Of a DNA stretch of 64,000 bases, positions 1 to 14,135 are shown one piece after another. The notes beneath the pieces are model-generated. The model was not told the origin of the DNA and ran no database searches. It saw nothing but the letters and a program-made list of their open reading frames with translations. The DNA comes from Lama guanicoe. Taxonomy: Eukaryota. The stretch is from the NCBI GenBank assembly GCA_013239625.1, contig MU053493.1:567793-631792 (forward strand). The letters are read 5' to 3'. Both the position numbers and the translations under genes were made by a program. The number at the start of each line of letters is the position of its first letter. Within the stretch, counting starts at the first letter, position 1.

Positions 1-204
1 CTGGCTCAGTAAGCCTGTGGTTCACCTCACAACTTAGTGAAGGCAGCACAGTAATCCTATATTTTGCCTCCGAAAAAGATAGATGATCATCTTACTAGGC
101 TTGGATATCAGTTTCTATACTGCTTGCTGCTAACTGCTATATGAATACCATATGCTTTGGTTTTAATGTTATTTCAGCACGCTGATTCTCTAATGATTGC
201 TATG

Positions 205-370
205 TCGCATTAGACTGGGTTATATTGTGGTAATAAACCTAACCCAAAGTATCTGTGGCTTAACACAACATTGATTTGTTACTTGCTCATGCTACACATA
301 CCACAGACATGGACACGTGTCTCTTCTCAGCAGAGTCACTCTGGGATCCAGACCACTAGAGCTGTCACTT
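205..370 (-). mobile_element. Ancient MaLR LTR fragment (MLT1J/K-like)
   Basis: 'ctgggttatattgtggtaataaac...gtggcttaacacaacattgatttgttacttgctcatgctaca' resembles the reverse-complemented 3' end of old MLT1 LTRs; highly decayed. Confidence 0.5.
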
Positions 371-1088
371 TCACATCATCTTTTTGTTGTTCCTTTGGGC
401 AATGACCTCATATATATCAATATGGAGCCCTTTATGGGAAGATATAGTTCCCCCACCCCACTTCATTCTACTTGAAACTCAACAAACAGGCTATCTTTTT
501 TTTTTCCCCAAATCAAATTCAGTTCAAAATGTATTTCAGACCATGGGGCAGGTAAGCAGTAAAAATGAATGCACATGTGTTTTAGAAACTTCATTTGTAG
601 AAACTGCAAAACTAAAGTTGAATCATGAGGCCAATGAGCTCAGAATTCTTCATGTCAGGTGACAGTAAGTTGTTCCAGTAAAGTGATGACAGGGGGCCCA
701 ATCACAAAAGTCACCGAGTGCACCACACATGAACTGTAGACTTCAGGGCTACTCTGCTGAGCATGGATGGCCAATTTTAACCTGTTCACAAAGAGACTGC
801 TCTGAACTACAGTATTCTCAAAAGAAACAGCCAACAAAAAATATCTTATGGTGATTAGATGATCAAATAAAGAAATACAGCTGATATCATCCAAATCAGG
901 AAGAAAAAAAACCCCACTAAAATATTCATTTCAGCCTCATTGAATCTGCCCCCTTCTTCCAAGTACTTATTTAAACAACTTAGGCAAGAATCTTGGCACA
1001 ATCAGAACAATATCTTAAATGGTGAATTATCAGGGTTTTCCCTTCATTCAGCCTTTCCACCAGAGGAACATGCAGCTCTTTCCAAACT

Positions 1089-1624
1089 TGTGGTGGCTGT
1101 AAAAATTGGTTGAAAGGGCTTTTACATGACTCCCGTCGAGAGGAGGAGATTACACCCCCGCCCCTTGAAACTGGGTGGACTTGTGAGTACTTCAAGTCAC
1201 AGAGGATGCATGGATGATCTGTGACTTCTGAGTCAGGGTCACGAAAGGAATGCTGCTCTGCCTGGCACACTGGAAAAATGACCTTTTAAATCTAAGCCAC
1301 TGTGTATGATGTCCAAGTTGGTTTCCACACTGTGAAGAATCCAAGCCATACAGAGAACCCCTGTGGATAGCCTAGCTGAACCCAGCATCTGGAGCGTCCT
1401 TGCCTGGCATCACACAGCAAAGACACCTATAGCTTATTCCAGCCCCCAGTAGTTTAAATCCCTCCCCTGCCATTTGTGTCTTCCCCTTTGAGGCCTCAGA
1501 AATTATGAACCAAAGAAAAGTCTTCCCCATTATGCCACAGAATTCATGAGCATAATAAAATAGCTTTTCTTTAATGCTACTAATTCTGGGATGATTTGTT
1601 ACACAGCAATAGGCAATCGTAACA
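1089..1624 (+). mobile_element. MaLR solo LTR (MLT1 family)
   Basis: Starts TGTGGTGG and ends 'gatttgttacacagcaataggcaatcgtaaca' after an AATAAA; TG...CA termini and typical MLT1 3' signature. Confidence 0.8.
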
Positions 1625-2804
1625 CATCTCATATTCTAGTGTTACACGTGGCCAAGATGTTGTGGGGATGAGCAGGATATTTTAAGCATAAAAGCGCCCT
1701 CTGAAAATGGGTTAGGAAGAGAAAGAGAAGAACCTTAGTGTAATATGAAATATAGGGAAAATCACTCATTTTTCTCAGGTCATAGAAGACCTTCCTAAGA
1801 AGCAACTTTTTTCTCATTGTGGTTTTTAGGATGCTTATAATCTGTAGACTTTTAATTCACTTCTTGAAAATTCCTATTTACCCTACTTCTTAAATAATAG
1901 CATATGAGCTTTTTCCTTCTTCATTTAAGTTAAATTAGCCCAACAGAAACCCAAGCCCACCCGCTTATTTCTGACAGGCAGATGGTGGATGGAGCAATGT
2001 TTACACTGGCCACTACATCAGTGTCAGGGAATGTCTGGTGTAGCCTAGCTGGAGGAAAGGGTAAGGAGGAAGAAGGGAGGAAGGGAAAATGTCCCCTTCC
2101 TCTCTAAATGTGACCATGGTACTGGTATCCCTCAGTCCCCCCACTCCCTAAGGGTGGTCTGGGTAATGGAGAGACAGACCCTGGAAAGAGAACGGCAGTG
2201 CTCAGGGGACACTGTCCAGACTTGGCAGAGGCATTCCAAACAGAAAGGCTGGTCCAGGACGTCTCACAGTCTGCACCTCTGTGTATTCACCTGCTGTCAG
2301 CTTTGATCTGGTGTCAGACTGAGACGTGCACAACGATGAGGCTGGACAGAGATTTCCCTGCTAAGCACATAATAAAGATCCTGGATCTTAGCATCCAACT
2401 ATGCTAAACAGGCTCGATCCCTATCTCTTCTTCCAAGTATTTTTTAAGGAAGAAAGTGTCTGTCAGATAGCAAGGCTCAATTTTCTGTGGTCACGACTAC
2501 CATGCTTGTTATAATTTTCTTGATTAAGATTTACTCCCATCTTCTCACCTTCTTAGATCCTTTATCACCCACTTGAAATCTCAGCTGCAGCTAATCACCC
2601 ACACTAATTCATACATTTCAAGTACATCCTCCTTTTCACTGTATCTATATTATGGATTTCTGCTCATTCCATCTGGGGTGGCTCAGTTACAGGCGGAAAG
2701 TTTAGGAGTAGAGACACTTTTTTAAAGGTTTGTTTAATAATTCTCTTATGTAAACAGTCTTTTAAGAGTCATGGTACCAAAAACAAAAATCCAAAACATT
2801 ATAG

Positions 2805-3622
2805 ACAGAGGATTTGAATAGACATTTCTTTAAAGAAAATACACAAAGGGCCAAAAGGCACAACTCAACGTTACTATTCATTAGGGAAAGGCAAATCAAA
2901 ACCATAATGAGATACCACTTCACACCTATTACAGAAAATAAGCATTGGTGAAGATGTGAAGAAACCGGGACCCTTGCACACTGCTGGTGAAACCGTGAGA
3001 TGATGTAGCCACAATGGAAAACAATGAGGTGACTCCTGAAGGAATTAAAAATAGAATCATTACATGGTGCTGCACCATCACATCTGCATATACACTCAAG
3101 AGAATCAAAATCAGACTCTTGAACCGATATCTGTGCCCCCACGTTTGTAGCAGCATTATTCACAACAGCCAAAAGATGGCCACAATGTAAGTGTCCAGTG
3201 ATGGATGAATGGATAAGCAAAATGTGCTATTTACACACAATGGAATATTATTCAGTCTTTAAAAGGAAAGGACATTTAACACATAGTCCAACATGAATGA
3301 CCTTTAAGGACATTATGCTGAGTGAAATAAACCTGTCACAAAAAGACAAATACTGTTATTCTGTTTAGATGAGGTACCTGGAGTATTCAAACCCATAGAG
3401 ACAGAAAGCAAAATGGTTTCAAGGGACTGGGAAAGGCGGACATGGGGAGATATTATTTAATGGGTCTAGAGTTTTGATTTTGTAGGATGAAAAGAATTCT
3501 AGAAATGAATGTTGGTGATGATTGCACAACAATGTGGATGTACTTAATACCACTGACATGGTTAATATGACAGCATTTATGTTTAAGTGTATTTTACCAC
3601 AATTTAAAAAGTCCACTAAAAA
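2805..3622 (+). mobile_element. Old LINE-1 3' end (ORF2 C-terminus + 3'UTR, L1MB-like)
   Basis: 'gaatagacatttc...gggaaaggcaaatcaaaaccataatgagataccac...gcagcattattcacaacagccaaaag...tattttaccacaatttaaaaa'. Confidence 0.85.
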
Positions 3623-3824
3623 AAACCAGTGGGTACAGCATGAGAAAAGATATCATGTTAGTAATAAATGTGACATGTTATGGGGACACTAAAATGACCA
3701 ACCTTTCAAAAATTGCAGATGTGCTAGAGAATAATAGAAAGTAAATTGGGAAAGATAAGCCAATGCAAAAGAGGTTAGGTTTCCTATAAAAAGGTGCAGG
3801 GTTAAGGAAGAACAACTGCTGCCC

Positions 3825-4512
3825 AAAATGTGAAGAAATCAGGACCCTCATGCATGGCGGGTGGGGCTGTAAAATGATGCAGCCACTTTCAAAAACAGTT
3901 TGAAAATTCCTCGGAAAGTTAAACATGGAGTTATCACTGGACCCAGCAATTCCCCTCTTACATACACACCCAAGAGAAATGAAAACATACGCACCACAAA
4001 AATTATACACAAGTGTTTGCACGAGTATTATTCAAGATAGCCAAAAGGGGGAAATCACACAAATGCCCACCCATTAGATGAATGAATAAAACGTGATGTA
4101 TACATACAATGGAATACTATTTAGCCTTAAAAAGGAACAAATTACTGATACATGCTACAACATGGATGAACTTTGAAAACATTTTGATAAGTGGGAGATG
4201 CTAATCAAAAAAAAAGCCCATGTGTTTTATGATCTCATTTATATGAAATGTCCAGAATAGGAAATCCTTGGACTGAGATATTAAATTAGTGGTTGCTTAG
4301 GGCTGAGGAGGATGGGGACTAGGGGATGAGAGTCAAAAGGTACAGTTTGTTTTGTTGCAAATGTTCTACATGTATTTTAAATTTGATTCTTAATGGATTG
4401 TTATGATGATTGCATGACTCTGAATATACTAAAAACCACTGAATTTGTATGTGTTAAGTGCATTAATTGTATATATATGAATTATATCTCAATAAAGCTG
4501 TTACCAAAAAAT
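3825..4512 (+). mobile_element. Old LINE-1 3' end (L1MB-like)
   Basis: 'gacccagcaattccc...acaatggaatactatttagcc...tgctacaacatggatgaac...attatatctcaataaagctg'. Confidence 0.85.
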
Positions 4513-4734
4513 GAAAGAAAAAAAGAAGGCCATGGGCTAAGGTAGATGGAAGGGCAGGCAGAGGAAGAAAGCTAGGTCACAGATCTCCTGCTGCTGCACC
4601 CTACTTTCTGCAGGCACAAAGAGGGCTACTTGGTTTTCCCCAAAAAACACATAGCTTCCATGCAGACCTTTCCCAGTTCAGACAGCAGTTTACTTCTCTT
4701 CCTCTCCCCACCTCTGACATGCTACCATCCACTA

Positions 4735-5106
4735 GCTACCCTGTTACTAAGCTTTATTTTCAGCAAGGAAAATATGTATGCAAAGCCAGTTTCTACCAGA
4801 GGCAGTCATTTCTTTGAATGCAAAATTTCTTGAAGTTCTGCCCTGCGGTATGAAAAATCACGTACCATATCTACAGCAGCCTGCACGGAGAGGCTTTCAA
4901 GCAAATATCAGCCTATCCTGAGTGAAGCTCAGACTTCTAGACCTAGGACAGCTCTTTCTGGGATCCCACTGTCCTGTTCAGGACGTCGTCTTCAGGTCCT
5001 GTTGCTCCTCTAATACCCATCTCCATATGAGGGCACAGGCGAGGTCATTTATCATCAAAGTGGGCTTGCTCAGAACACTGTCACTTCTACAGGAAATTGC
5101 AGAGCC
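4735..5106 (-). other. Candidate terminal exon of a minus-strand transcript
   Basis: Minus-strand acceptor 'catctctttctcttggcttcAG' (AG = 5107-5108) and AATAAA at 4753-4758 in unique sequence; no recognisable protein. Confidence 0.25.
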
Positions 5107-5839
5107 CTGAAGCCAAGAGAAAGAGATGGACAGAACTCATGGTTTTATGTCAGGCCATATTTTGCTCTTTTGTGAAGCTGTAAGGCTAAAACAGTCTGCA
5201 AGGAAGCATGAGTTTTGTGTGAGGGAAACAGGAGAGTTCGGGGGGGCCAGTTCTCTGCCATGAGGAAACTGAGAGCACTCAGGGTCCACAGCATCCTTTC
5301 CAGCCTTCAGTCCACCAGATGACTGGAGTTCTGTCTTTAAAAAGGGAATCTACACAGTGAGTAAACTGAAGACCTCATTCACCAGAAACATCTTACAAAA
5401 TAGACATCTGAATAATACACACGTATGGGCATCTACCTCTGAGTCCTGCCCCAACATTATTTCTGGGGGACAGAGTTTCCTCCCATGAAGGTCATCACAG
5501 ATACACCTTACAACAGACCAAATGGCCTGAATTCCTGGCTTACATATTTGAGGCTTCATGTAATGTGCTCATTTCACTAAGTTCTTGACTCACCCTTTGC
5601 CAATTCCAACCTACTTTTAATTTCACATTTATAAACATAGATGATCAAGTCTGATGTTTCCTGTTAGTTTTTCCACAAACCAAGTATCACAACCCAAGTC
5701 ACAGTGGCTAAGATCTAGACACTAGTACAAGATAAAGATGAATTTAAGTCATCCTGTGCATATATGAAGAAAATAAGATTAGTAAAAATATCAGAGTCAG
5801 GGACAGTTTGTCTCTGTTGAAGAAAGAAGTTATAACCCC

Positions 5840-6460
5840 AAATTACTATGCCTGAATATATATATACCCAAAGAAAATAAAAAACACTAATTTGAAAGGA
5901 TACATGCACCCCAATGTTCATTATTACTAAATAGCCAAGGTATAGGATCAACCTAAGTGTTTATCAACAGATAAATAGATAAGAAAGATGTGGTATTTAT
6001 GCATATACAATGGAAAATTACTCAGCCGTAAAAAAGAATGACATTTTGCCATTTGTGAAAACATGGATGGATCTGGAAGGTATTATGCTTAGTGAAATAA
6101 GTCAGACAGAGAAAGACAAATACTGTGTGTTTTCACTTGTATGTGTAATGTAAAATATAAAACAAATGAATGAATGTAATAAAATGGTAATAGACTCCCA
6201 GATACAGAGAACAAACTAATGATTACCAGAGGGGAGAGAACCAGGGAAGGGGCAAGATAGGGGAAGAGGATGAAGAAGTCAGAACTACTATGTACAGGTA
6301 AATATGATACAAAAATAAAGTATACAGTATAGGGAATACAGCCATTATTTTATAATAATTTTATATGAAGTATAACCTATAATGATATCAAATCATGGTG
6401 TTGTATACCTGAAACTAATATAATATTATAAGTCAGCTATACTGCAATAAAAATAAATAA
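5840..6460 (+). mobile_element. LINE-1 3' end (medium age)
   Basis: 'gatacatgcaccccaatgttc...gtgaaataagtcagacagagaaagacaaatac...tatactgcaataaaaataaataa' with A-rich tail. Confidence 0.85.
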
Positions 6461-7575
6461 GTTATAAACATGCAAGAGGGAAGGTTAGAATGAATCCCAT
6501 GGCTCTGGACTACAGTTGTAGCTATCAGCACTAACTCGTGTTCATAACTCATTTTAATATATCTGTATGTTTACAAAAATTTAGAAAAAATAGACACAGA
6601 AATATAGAAATGTGGGTGTTCATGAGTACATACATATATTCTTAGCTTTCTGTTTGCTGAAAGGGCCTGCAAGCAATGACACTCCAGTATTAACAAGTAC
6701 AACGAATTCTGAAATATCATTCACCAACAAAAGCAACAAAAACAAAGCAAAGCTCCTTGAAGAAATGTTTGATTTTAAGGTTAAGACAGAAAAGAATACA
6801 AGATGAGACTAGAGCATCTCGTATTGCCAGAAAGTATGAAAGTGTTTTAAAAAATTACTGTATTATATACTTGAATGTTGCTAAGAAGGTAGATTTTAAA
6901 ATGTTCTCGGCATGAAAAGAAATATGAAAGGAATATTATGCGATGCAGTGCAGGTGGTAGCTAATGCGATTGTGATCATCCTTTTGCAATATTTAAGTGT
7001 TATCAGATCAACATATTGTACACCTTAAACTTACACAATGTTATATGTCAATTCCATTTCAATAAATCTGGGAAAAAATCAATAAGTTCATACGGATTTA
7101 AATAAATACATAGGTGTTTACAGGATCATTTGAGATAATAAATACAAAAAGAATAAAGAAAGGGGAGCACCATCATTACAACATCACAATAATAACTATT
7201 GCGAACGAGACCCCCTAACGAATGCAAAAAGGAGCTTAACATTTCTAAGAAGAAGCAAGATATTTCCAAGACTCAAAGCACCTTTCCCACAATATTTTTA
7301 GGTTATTGTGTTTTCAACATAAACGTAGCAGGTTCCTTGGTAATTTCCTCCTCCTGTTGGTTATGGGCCAGACTTAGATAATTGCCTCCAATATATAAAG
7401 AATGGAAAAGAAAAATCAGTTAGTTTATAGAGGAAAAATCTGGCAGACATCATCTTAACCAAGCGAACAAATTTAATCTCACCTGTGAAAAGTGTGTGGA
7501 CATGGTGTATTTCTGATATGATGCAGTGAGAAACCTGTCTCACTTCTGTGTTATTCTTCCTGAACATCCATATCC
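6460..7575 (+). mobile_element. Fragmented old L1 3'UTRs (L1MC-like with nested L1MA-like tail at ~6855-7080)
   Basis: 'tacttgaatgttgctaagaaggtagattttaaaatgttctc...caccttaaacttacacaatgttatatgtcaattccatttcaataaa' flanked by L1MC-type 3'UTR motifs. Confidence 0.6.
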
Positions 7576-7577
7576 CA

Positions 7578-10140
7578 GACTTCTGGTTTCAACTCTGGCA
7601 CAGACACCACCTGAAGTCTGCCACTCCCATTATGTCACAAGAAAAGGTGGACAAAACTGAAAATCAATGACTTTCCTTGGATGCCCCACAGACAACTGAG
7701 GACACCGAGCAAGTCTGCACTCATTCTAAAATACGGAGAGACAGACACACTCAGAGACGTATGTCAACTGAGATCTTCTTACAAGGAGCAGAAGGCGAGG
7801 GGATCACAATATATTAGAAAGGTTTTTTTTGTTTGTTTTGGGTTTTTTTTTGTTTTTTATTTTTTATTTTATTTTTTAACATTTTTTATTTATAATCATT
7901 TTACAATGTTGTATCAAATTCCAGTGTTTCAGTTATACATGAAAATATATGTATATTCATTGTCACATTTTTTCTCCATGGGCTACCATAAGATCTTGTA
8001 TATATTTCCCTGTGCTGTACAGTATAATCTTGTTTATCTATTCTACAATTTTGAAATCCCAGTCTATACCTTCCCACCCTCCGCCCCCTTGGCAACCACA
8101 AGTTTGTATTCTATGTCTATGAGTCTATTTCTGTTTTGTATTGATGCTTTGTTTGTGTTTATTTATTTATTTTTTTAGATTCCACATATGAGCGATCTCA
8201 TGTGGTATTTTTCTTTCTCTTTCTGGCTTATTTCACTTACAATGACATTCTCCAGGAGCATCCATGTTGCTGCAAATGGCGTTATGTTGTCTGTTTTTAT
8301 GGCTGAATAGTATTCCATTGTATAAATATACCACTTCTTCTTTATCCAGTCAGCCATTGATGGACATTTAGGCTGTTTCCGTGTATTGTCTATTGTAAAT
8401 AGTGCTGCTATGAACATTGGGGTGCAGGTGTCATCCTGAAGTAGGGTTCCTTCTGGATATATGCCCAGGAGCGGGATTCCTGGGTCATACAGTAAGTCTA
8501 TTCCTAGAAAGGTTTGATGGTGATTTGATGGATTGATAAAGGCTGAGTGTGGACAAACACTGGGGTGAGAGACTCCTGGGTGTCACAGAGGTAGAAAGGC
8601 CTTGCATTTTCATGTACTGTCCCCCCAGGTTCCCATGGTTAGCCTGAGACCCTGGTGGCCTGGACAGGAGAATAGTAACCATTGTAAGACATGCCCAGAT
8701 CCTTCTCTCAAAAAAAGTCTCTTTTGGGGATGGGGGTGAACTTTGCCAGAGGACAACATTGAAATCTTGCTCAAGTAGTTGGAAGGGATTTTCCCCCAAT
8801 TGCAACCACTAGCCTTCCTGTTTCACCTAAGAAGGGAAAACCTATAGTAAACTGAAGAGAGGAATTTAAGGAAAAGTACCAGAAATGCTGCAGGAAGTTA
8901 AGAGAATAGGGATCCAGTGTGGGGGAGGGAGGAAAGACTGGGAGACTCTCAGATCCCAGCCTCAAGACACAGGCGAATTAAAAGATTGATGTTAACTTGG
9001 AAGGTTGTATAACACTCCATGCCCTCCAGAACTGTCATCACATCAAAATGGTTTCACTATAATAAAGTGGATTACAGCTGAAAAACCGCAAGATACAAAG
9101 TACTTCTAAGTTGTAGTACGTAACAAATCCCCAAAGCTAGGAGGGGAGAGGGAAAAGGCTACGAAAGAAATCTGAAGCCTCTGGTACCTACAGCTACAAT
9201 AAATAATAAACACAACCCAACTCCTAGCCAGATTAGCTCAAATTCTCACACCAAAATTCTGTTTGTCTCAGTTCCTATTGGCCGATATAATGTGTCCAGC
9301 TTTCAACAAGAACAACAAAATTCCACGAAAAACATCAAGGAAAAAAAAAGACCTAAGAGACAAAACAACCTTCAGAAGACTCAGATATGACACTGATGTT
9401 GGAATTATCAGACAGGGAATTTAAAATGAATATAATTAATGCGTTAAGGGATGAATGAAGAAAAATAGACAACATGCAAGAACAGATAGGTAAAACAGAG
9501 AGATGAAAGCACAAATAAGTAATCAAAAGGAAATAGGATAAATCTGAAAAAAAAACAAACACAGAGGAACAGAACTGAAGAGTGTATTAGGTTAATCAAT
9601 TGACTTGATATGGCTGAGAAAAGAATCAGAGAATGCAAGTTACATAGGTCAGTGGAAACCCCCAAACCGAAATGGAAAGAGAAAAAAGAATGAAATGGAA
9701 AAAAGGAAAAACAGAGTATTCAAGAGCTCTGTGACAGTAGCAAAAGGAATAACATACCCAGTGTTGAAAGGGAAGAAAGAATGGGGTACAGTAAATATTT
9801 GAGGTAATAATGATCAAGAATGTTCAAAAGCACTGACAAACACCTAACCTAGATAAACAGCAAAACAAAGGGGAAAAAACCTATAAATATCACAATCAAG
9901 CTGCAGAAAACCAGAGACAATGAGATCACTGTAATGGAAACCTGAGAGAACAAAACTTTACCTATAGAAGAATAAGAATGATAGCGGGCTTGTCTTCAGG
10001 AACAACTCAAGCAAGGAGTGAATGAAGTAAGATAACACTTCTAAGTAACACTAAGCAATACTTTTAAGTTTTAAAAGAAAAAGAAAAAAAAACTAGATTT
10101 CCACATGCAGCTAAATCACCCATCAAAAGTGAATGAGAGA
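7578..10140 (+). mobile_element. Old LINE-1 5' region and decayed ORF1 (interrupted by a young L1)
   Basis: Starts 'gacttctggtttc'; ORF1-like A-rich segment ~9380-10135; homologous to 50100-51400 (gaagcctctggtac[c/a]tacagctacaa). Confidence 0.65.
7826..8504 (-). mobile_element. Young lineage-specific L1, 5'-truncated
   Basis: ORF 8175..8417 is the L1 ORF2 C-terminus (MFIAALFTI...KQPKCPS...SEISQKEKEKYHM); T-rich tail; TSD 'tagaaaggttt' at 7815-7825 and 8505-8515. Confidence 0.95.
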
Positions 10141-11464
10141 AGTATTCTGTAATCACAGACTGAAGACCTCTGAAAATTTGCTCCATCCTAACAGTAATGA
10201 AAGCATGTAAAATGAATCAAAATGACCCTTTTCAGAACTCTGGAAATTAACCATAGATTTGCAAAAATTGAAGGACCAGTTATTTTTTAAAAATGAACTA
10301 ATTACAGTAAGAACAGTAATTTCATGTCATTTTAACTTGCTCTGTTCCCATTCCCCTCTCCTGAACTCAAGTAGCTTTGAACCCCATTAGCTCAGCAACT
10401 CCTTTAGCTGTGAAAACCAGTATCCTGGCAGCCTTTGGGCATGGGGAGTGGGCTCTGAACCTCCCCCAAACTTCATGCCTGGGCAACTGTCACTGTTTTA
10501 TCAAACTTCTCCTTGGAATATATCTATCCATAAGGCTTGTCTTTATTTGATGTGACTAAGAGCTCGCTCAGTCAGAATACCCTATTCTCAGTGTTTTTGT
10601 CAGAAAAAAATAAGTTCTTTAACATTGCAAGTGGCTGAGGTGCTGTTGCCAGCCAAGGCAAACAGTTTGACGAAAACTTAACCAGAAAACCTGAGATTTG
10701 TGATGTCTGTAAGATACTTTTGAAGGGTCTGACGTATTCTTAGTGATCTAGAAAGACATGTACATGTGCAGGTCTGTATGCATGCTCAGAAAAGACTTCT
10801 AAAAGCCTTAATCTCTCACCGGTGGCTAACACTGAGGCTCTGCACAAGCAGGGAGCAAAAGACTAAGGCAGAGTTGTAAAGAATGAGGAGTTGAAGATGG
10901 AGGTGTTTCCCAACACGTACACAGAGCCCCTTGACAAAGGCTGGTAACCTTACTGGTTCAAGTCATTTAAGAAACTGTCTGTCCAGTCACTAGCTGACCA
11001 CATAGTTAAATGACAGAGAACATAGTAGCCACAGATGACGAATAATACAGACTTTACAGAGTTAATTCAGGAAAGTCACTAAATAAGCAGCAGTAATAGC
11101 AACATACATTAACAATAATAAACACTTAGAAGGGTTAAAATTTCCAGAGTTGTCACATGTTATTTAAAATGCCTAGTTTCCAACAAGAAAAATTATGATA
11201 CACACAAATAAGAAGGAAAATACGTCCTGTGCACAGAACAGAAAGCTGTCAGTAAAAACTGTCTCTCCTAGAGGAAGCTTAGACATTGGACTGACATGAT
11301 AAAGGTATAAAATCAGCTATTATAATATTTCAAAGACTCAAAGGAAACCACGTTCAAATAATTAAAGTCTGAGAAAGATATCTCATCAACTAGAAAAATC
11401 AAGAAAAAGTTTTGTTTTAAAAATATAGATTTTTTTCTTTCCTTTTTTTTTCTTTCTTCATTCA

Positions 11465-11997
11465 TTTTAGGATGTGTTTGAGCTTACATGACCACCAGTC
11501 TAAAGCAAACAGATATAGTAAGGGATTAACATACTTGAAAAACAAGGTAACCACAAGTCAAAAGCATGCAATAGAGTCACAAAACCCAAAAATAAACCAG
11601 GCTAATACAAAAGGAAATATCAAACCAGAAAAATACCACATGATATAACTTATGTGTGGAATCTAAAAAAAAAAGACAAACTTATTTACAAAACAGAAAC
11701 AGACTCACAGACATAGAAAACAAACTTATGGTTACTGAGGGTGTGGAAGAGGGTGGGAAGGGATAAATTGGGAGTTCGAGATTTGCAGATACTAATTACT
11801 ATGTATAAAATAGATAAACAGCAAGTTCATACTGTATGGCACAGGGAACTATATTCAATATCTTGTAGTAACCTATGGTGAAAAAGAATATGAAAATGAA
11901 TATATGTATATTCAGGTATGACTGAAGCATTATGCTGTATACCAGAAATTGACATAACATTGTAAACTGACTGTACTTCAATAAAATGTATATTAAA
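11465..11997 (+). mobile_element. Nested younger L1 piece (inter-ORF segment joined to 3'UTR)
   Basis: 'ttttaggatgtgtttgagcttacatgaccaccagtctaaagcaaacagatatag' runs directly into 'aaataccacatgatataacttatgtgtggaatct...actgtacttcaataaaa'. Confidence 0.7.
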
Positions 11998-14002
11998 AAA
12001 ATAGAAATCATGGAGTTGAAAAATACAATAACTGAAATGAAGAATTCACCTGAGGAATTCAACAGCCTTTATAAATTGGCAGAAAAAGTCTACGAACTTG
12101 AATAAAGGACTACTGAGATCATCCATATCATGCAACAGAAACAGTAGAAAAAACTGAATAGAACCTTAGACGTCTTTGGGACACCATCAAGTGTACAGAC
12201 ACATGCATAACAGGATTCCCAGAAGGAGAGGCGATAAAGTGGTAGAAAGAATATTTTAAAAAATAATAGCTAAAAACTTCCCAAATATTATGAAAATCAT
12301 TACAAATTCAAAAGTCAGATAAAATCCACATAGGATAAACTCAGAGATCCACACCAAGATATAGCATCAAAAGACATAGATGAAGAATGTTTAGAGCAAG
12401 GGAAAAGTGACTTGCTCCATACAAAGGATCCTTTAATTATTCAGTAGATTTATCATCAGAAATCACAAGTCCAGAAAGTGGATGAAATATTCAAAATGCT
12501 GAAGGAAAAAAAATCAAATAGGAATTCTATATCCACAAAACCGCTCTTCAAAAATGAAGGTGAAACTGACACTCTCAGATTAAAAACAGAGGAAATTTGT
12601 CATTAACAGTCATGCTTTACCAGAATTACTGAAGTGGGTTCTTTTGGGAGGCAAGTTCTTTAGGGAGTAATGATAAAACACTAAAAGGTAACTTGAATTC
12701 CCACAAAGAAATAAAGAGGGCAGGAAAAGATAATTACACAGGTAAATATAAAAGAGAATATTTTATGTGATGTGTGTAACTTTTTTTCTTCTCTTTACGG
12801 TTTACTATACAACTACATCAATCAATTACAAAACGGTGTTGATGGGTTTGTGATGAATTAAGATATAATCCATACAACAATAATAGTGCAAAGGAGTGGG
12901 GGAAGGGATGGTTACATTGGAGTATTGCGTTTTTTTGATTTATAGTAATGAATTAAGTTGGTATTAATGTAAGTTAGACTGTTTCAAGTTAAGAGGTTAA
13001 TTGTGATCACCAAGACAACCAATGAGGAAATAATCCCAAAAAGAAACAGGAAGGGGATTAGATGAGTACACTAGGAAATCCAAAAGGAGGCAATGGTGGC
13101 CAAGTGTGGAACAAAAATAGAGAAATAGAAAAAAAATAGTAAAATGGAAGAAATAAATCCTGCATTAACAGTAATTACATTAATAGTAAATTAAATATCC
13201 CCTCAGAAACCATAGATTGTTAAAATTGATAAGAAATTTATCTAAATATAGGTTTTCTAAAAGAGAGCCAGTTTAGAAACAGACATAGATTGAAAATAAA
13301 ATGATACAAGTATATATTAAGAAAACATTATCCAAAGGAGAACTGAGGAGCTATACAAATATTGGATAAAAATAGATATCAAGAAAAAAATTGCTACTGA
13401 AGAGAAAGAGGACTTTTTATAATAAAGTGGCCAATCTATCAAGAAGACATAATTTTAAAATTATATACAGCTAACAACAGAACTCAAACTACGCAGAGCA
13501 AAACTGACATAATTCATCAGTGAAATAGACAATAAGACAGTAATAGCTCAAGATTTTAATAGCTCAGTTTGAATAATGGACACAACAGATAGGAAAATCA
13601 ACAGGAAACAGAATACTTCAACAACACAATAATTCAACTAAATCCAACAAACTATAGAAGACTCCACCTAGTAACAACAGAATGCACATCCTGCTCAGTC
13701 ACACACACATGGAACTCTGTACAGGATGGACCACATGTTCGTCTATAAGCATGTCTCAGTAAGTGTATAAGTGTTTAAACCAAACAAAGGACGCCATCTG
13801 ACCATAATAGGAATACAATTAGAAATCTTGTTACATGTACAAATTTATTAATTTTTAAATTTGTGAAATTTATATTATCAATTATGTTTATTATAAAATA
13901 TTATAATCTATATTTATACATATTTAAAATTTATAAATTTGTGAAAATTAAACTACACACTCCTAGATAATCAGTGGGTCAAGGAAGAAATAACAGGGAA
14001 AT

Positions 14003-14135
14003 CTCATCTCATTGTAGTAATTATTTTGTATTATATACATGTGTCAAATCATTGTGTTGCACAACTTAAGCTTGCACAATGTTATGTGTCAATCATAGTT
14101 CAGTAAAACTGGGAAAAATTCTTAAAAATTTAAAA
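14003..14135 (+). mobile_element. Nested short L1 3' tail (L1MA-like)
   Basis: 'tcaaatcattgtgttgcacaacttaagcttgcacaatgttatgtgtcaatcatagttcagtaaaactgggaaaaa' interrupts the host ORF2. Confidence 0.65.

Noticed and set aside
7681..8178. 165-aa hydrophobic ORF as a membrane protein
   Set aside because: It reads through the antisense poly(T) tail and 3'UTR of an L1, so the Phe-rich stretch is an artefact
8520..9850. Segmental duplication with 50100-51400
   Set aside because: Similarity is confined to the 5' region of related old L1s, so these are independent insertions
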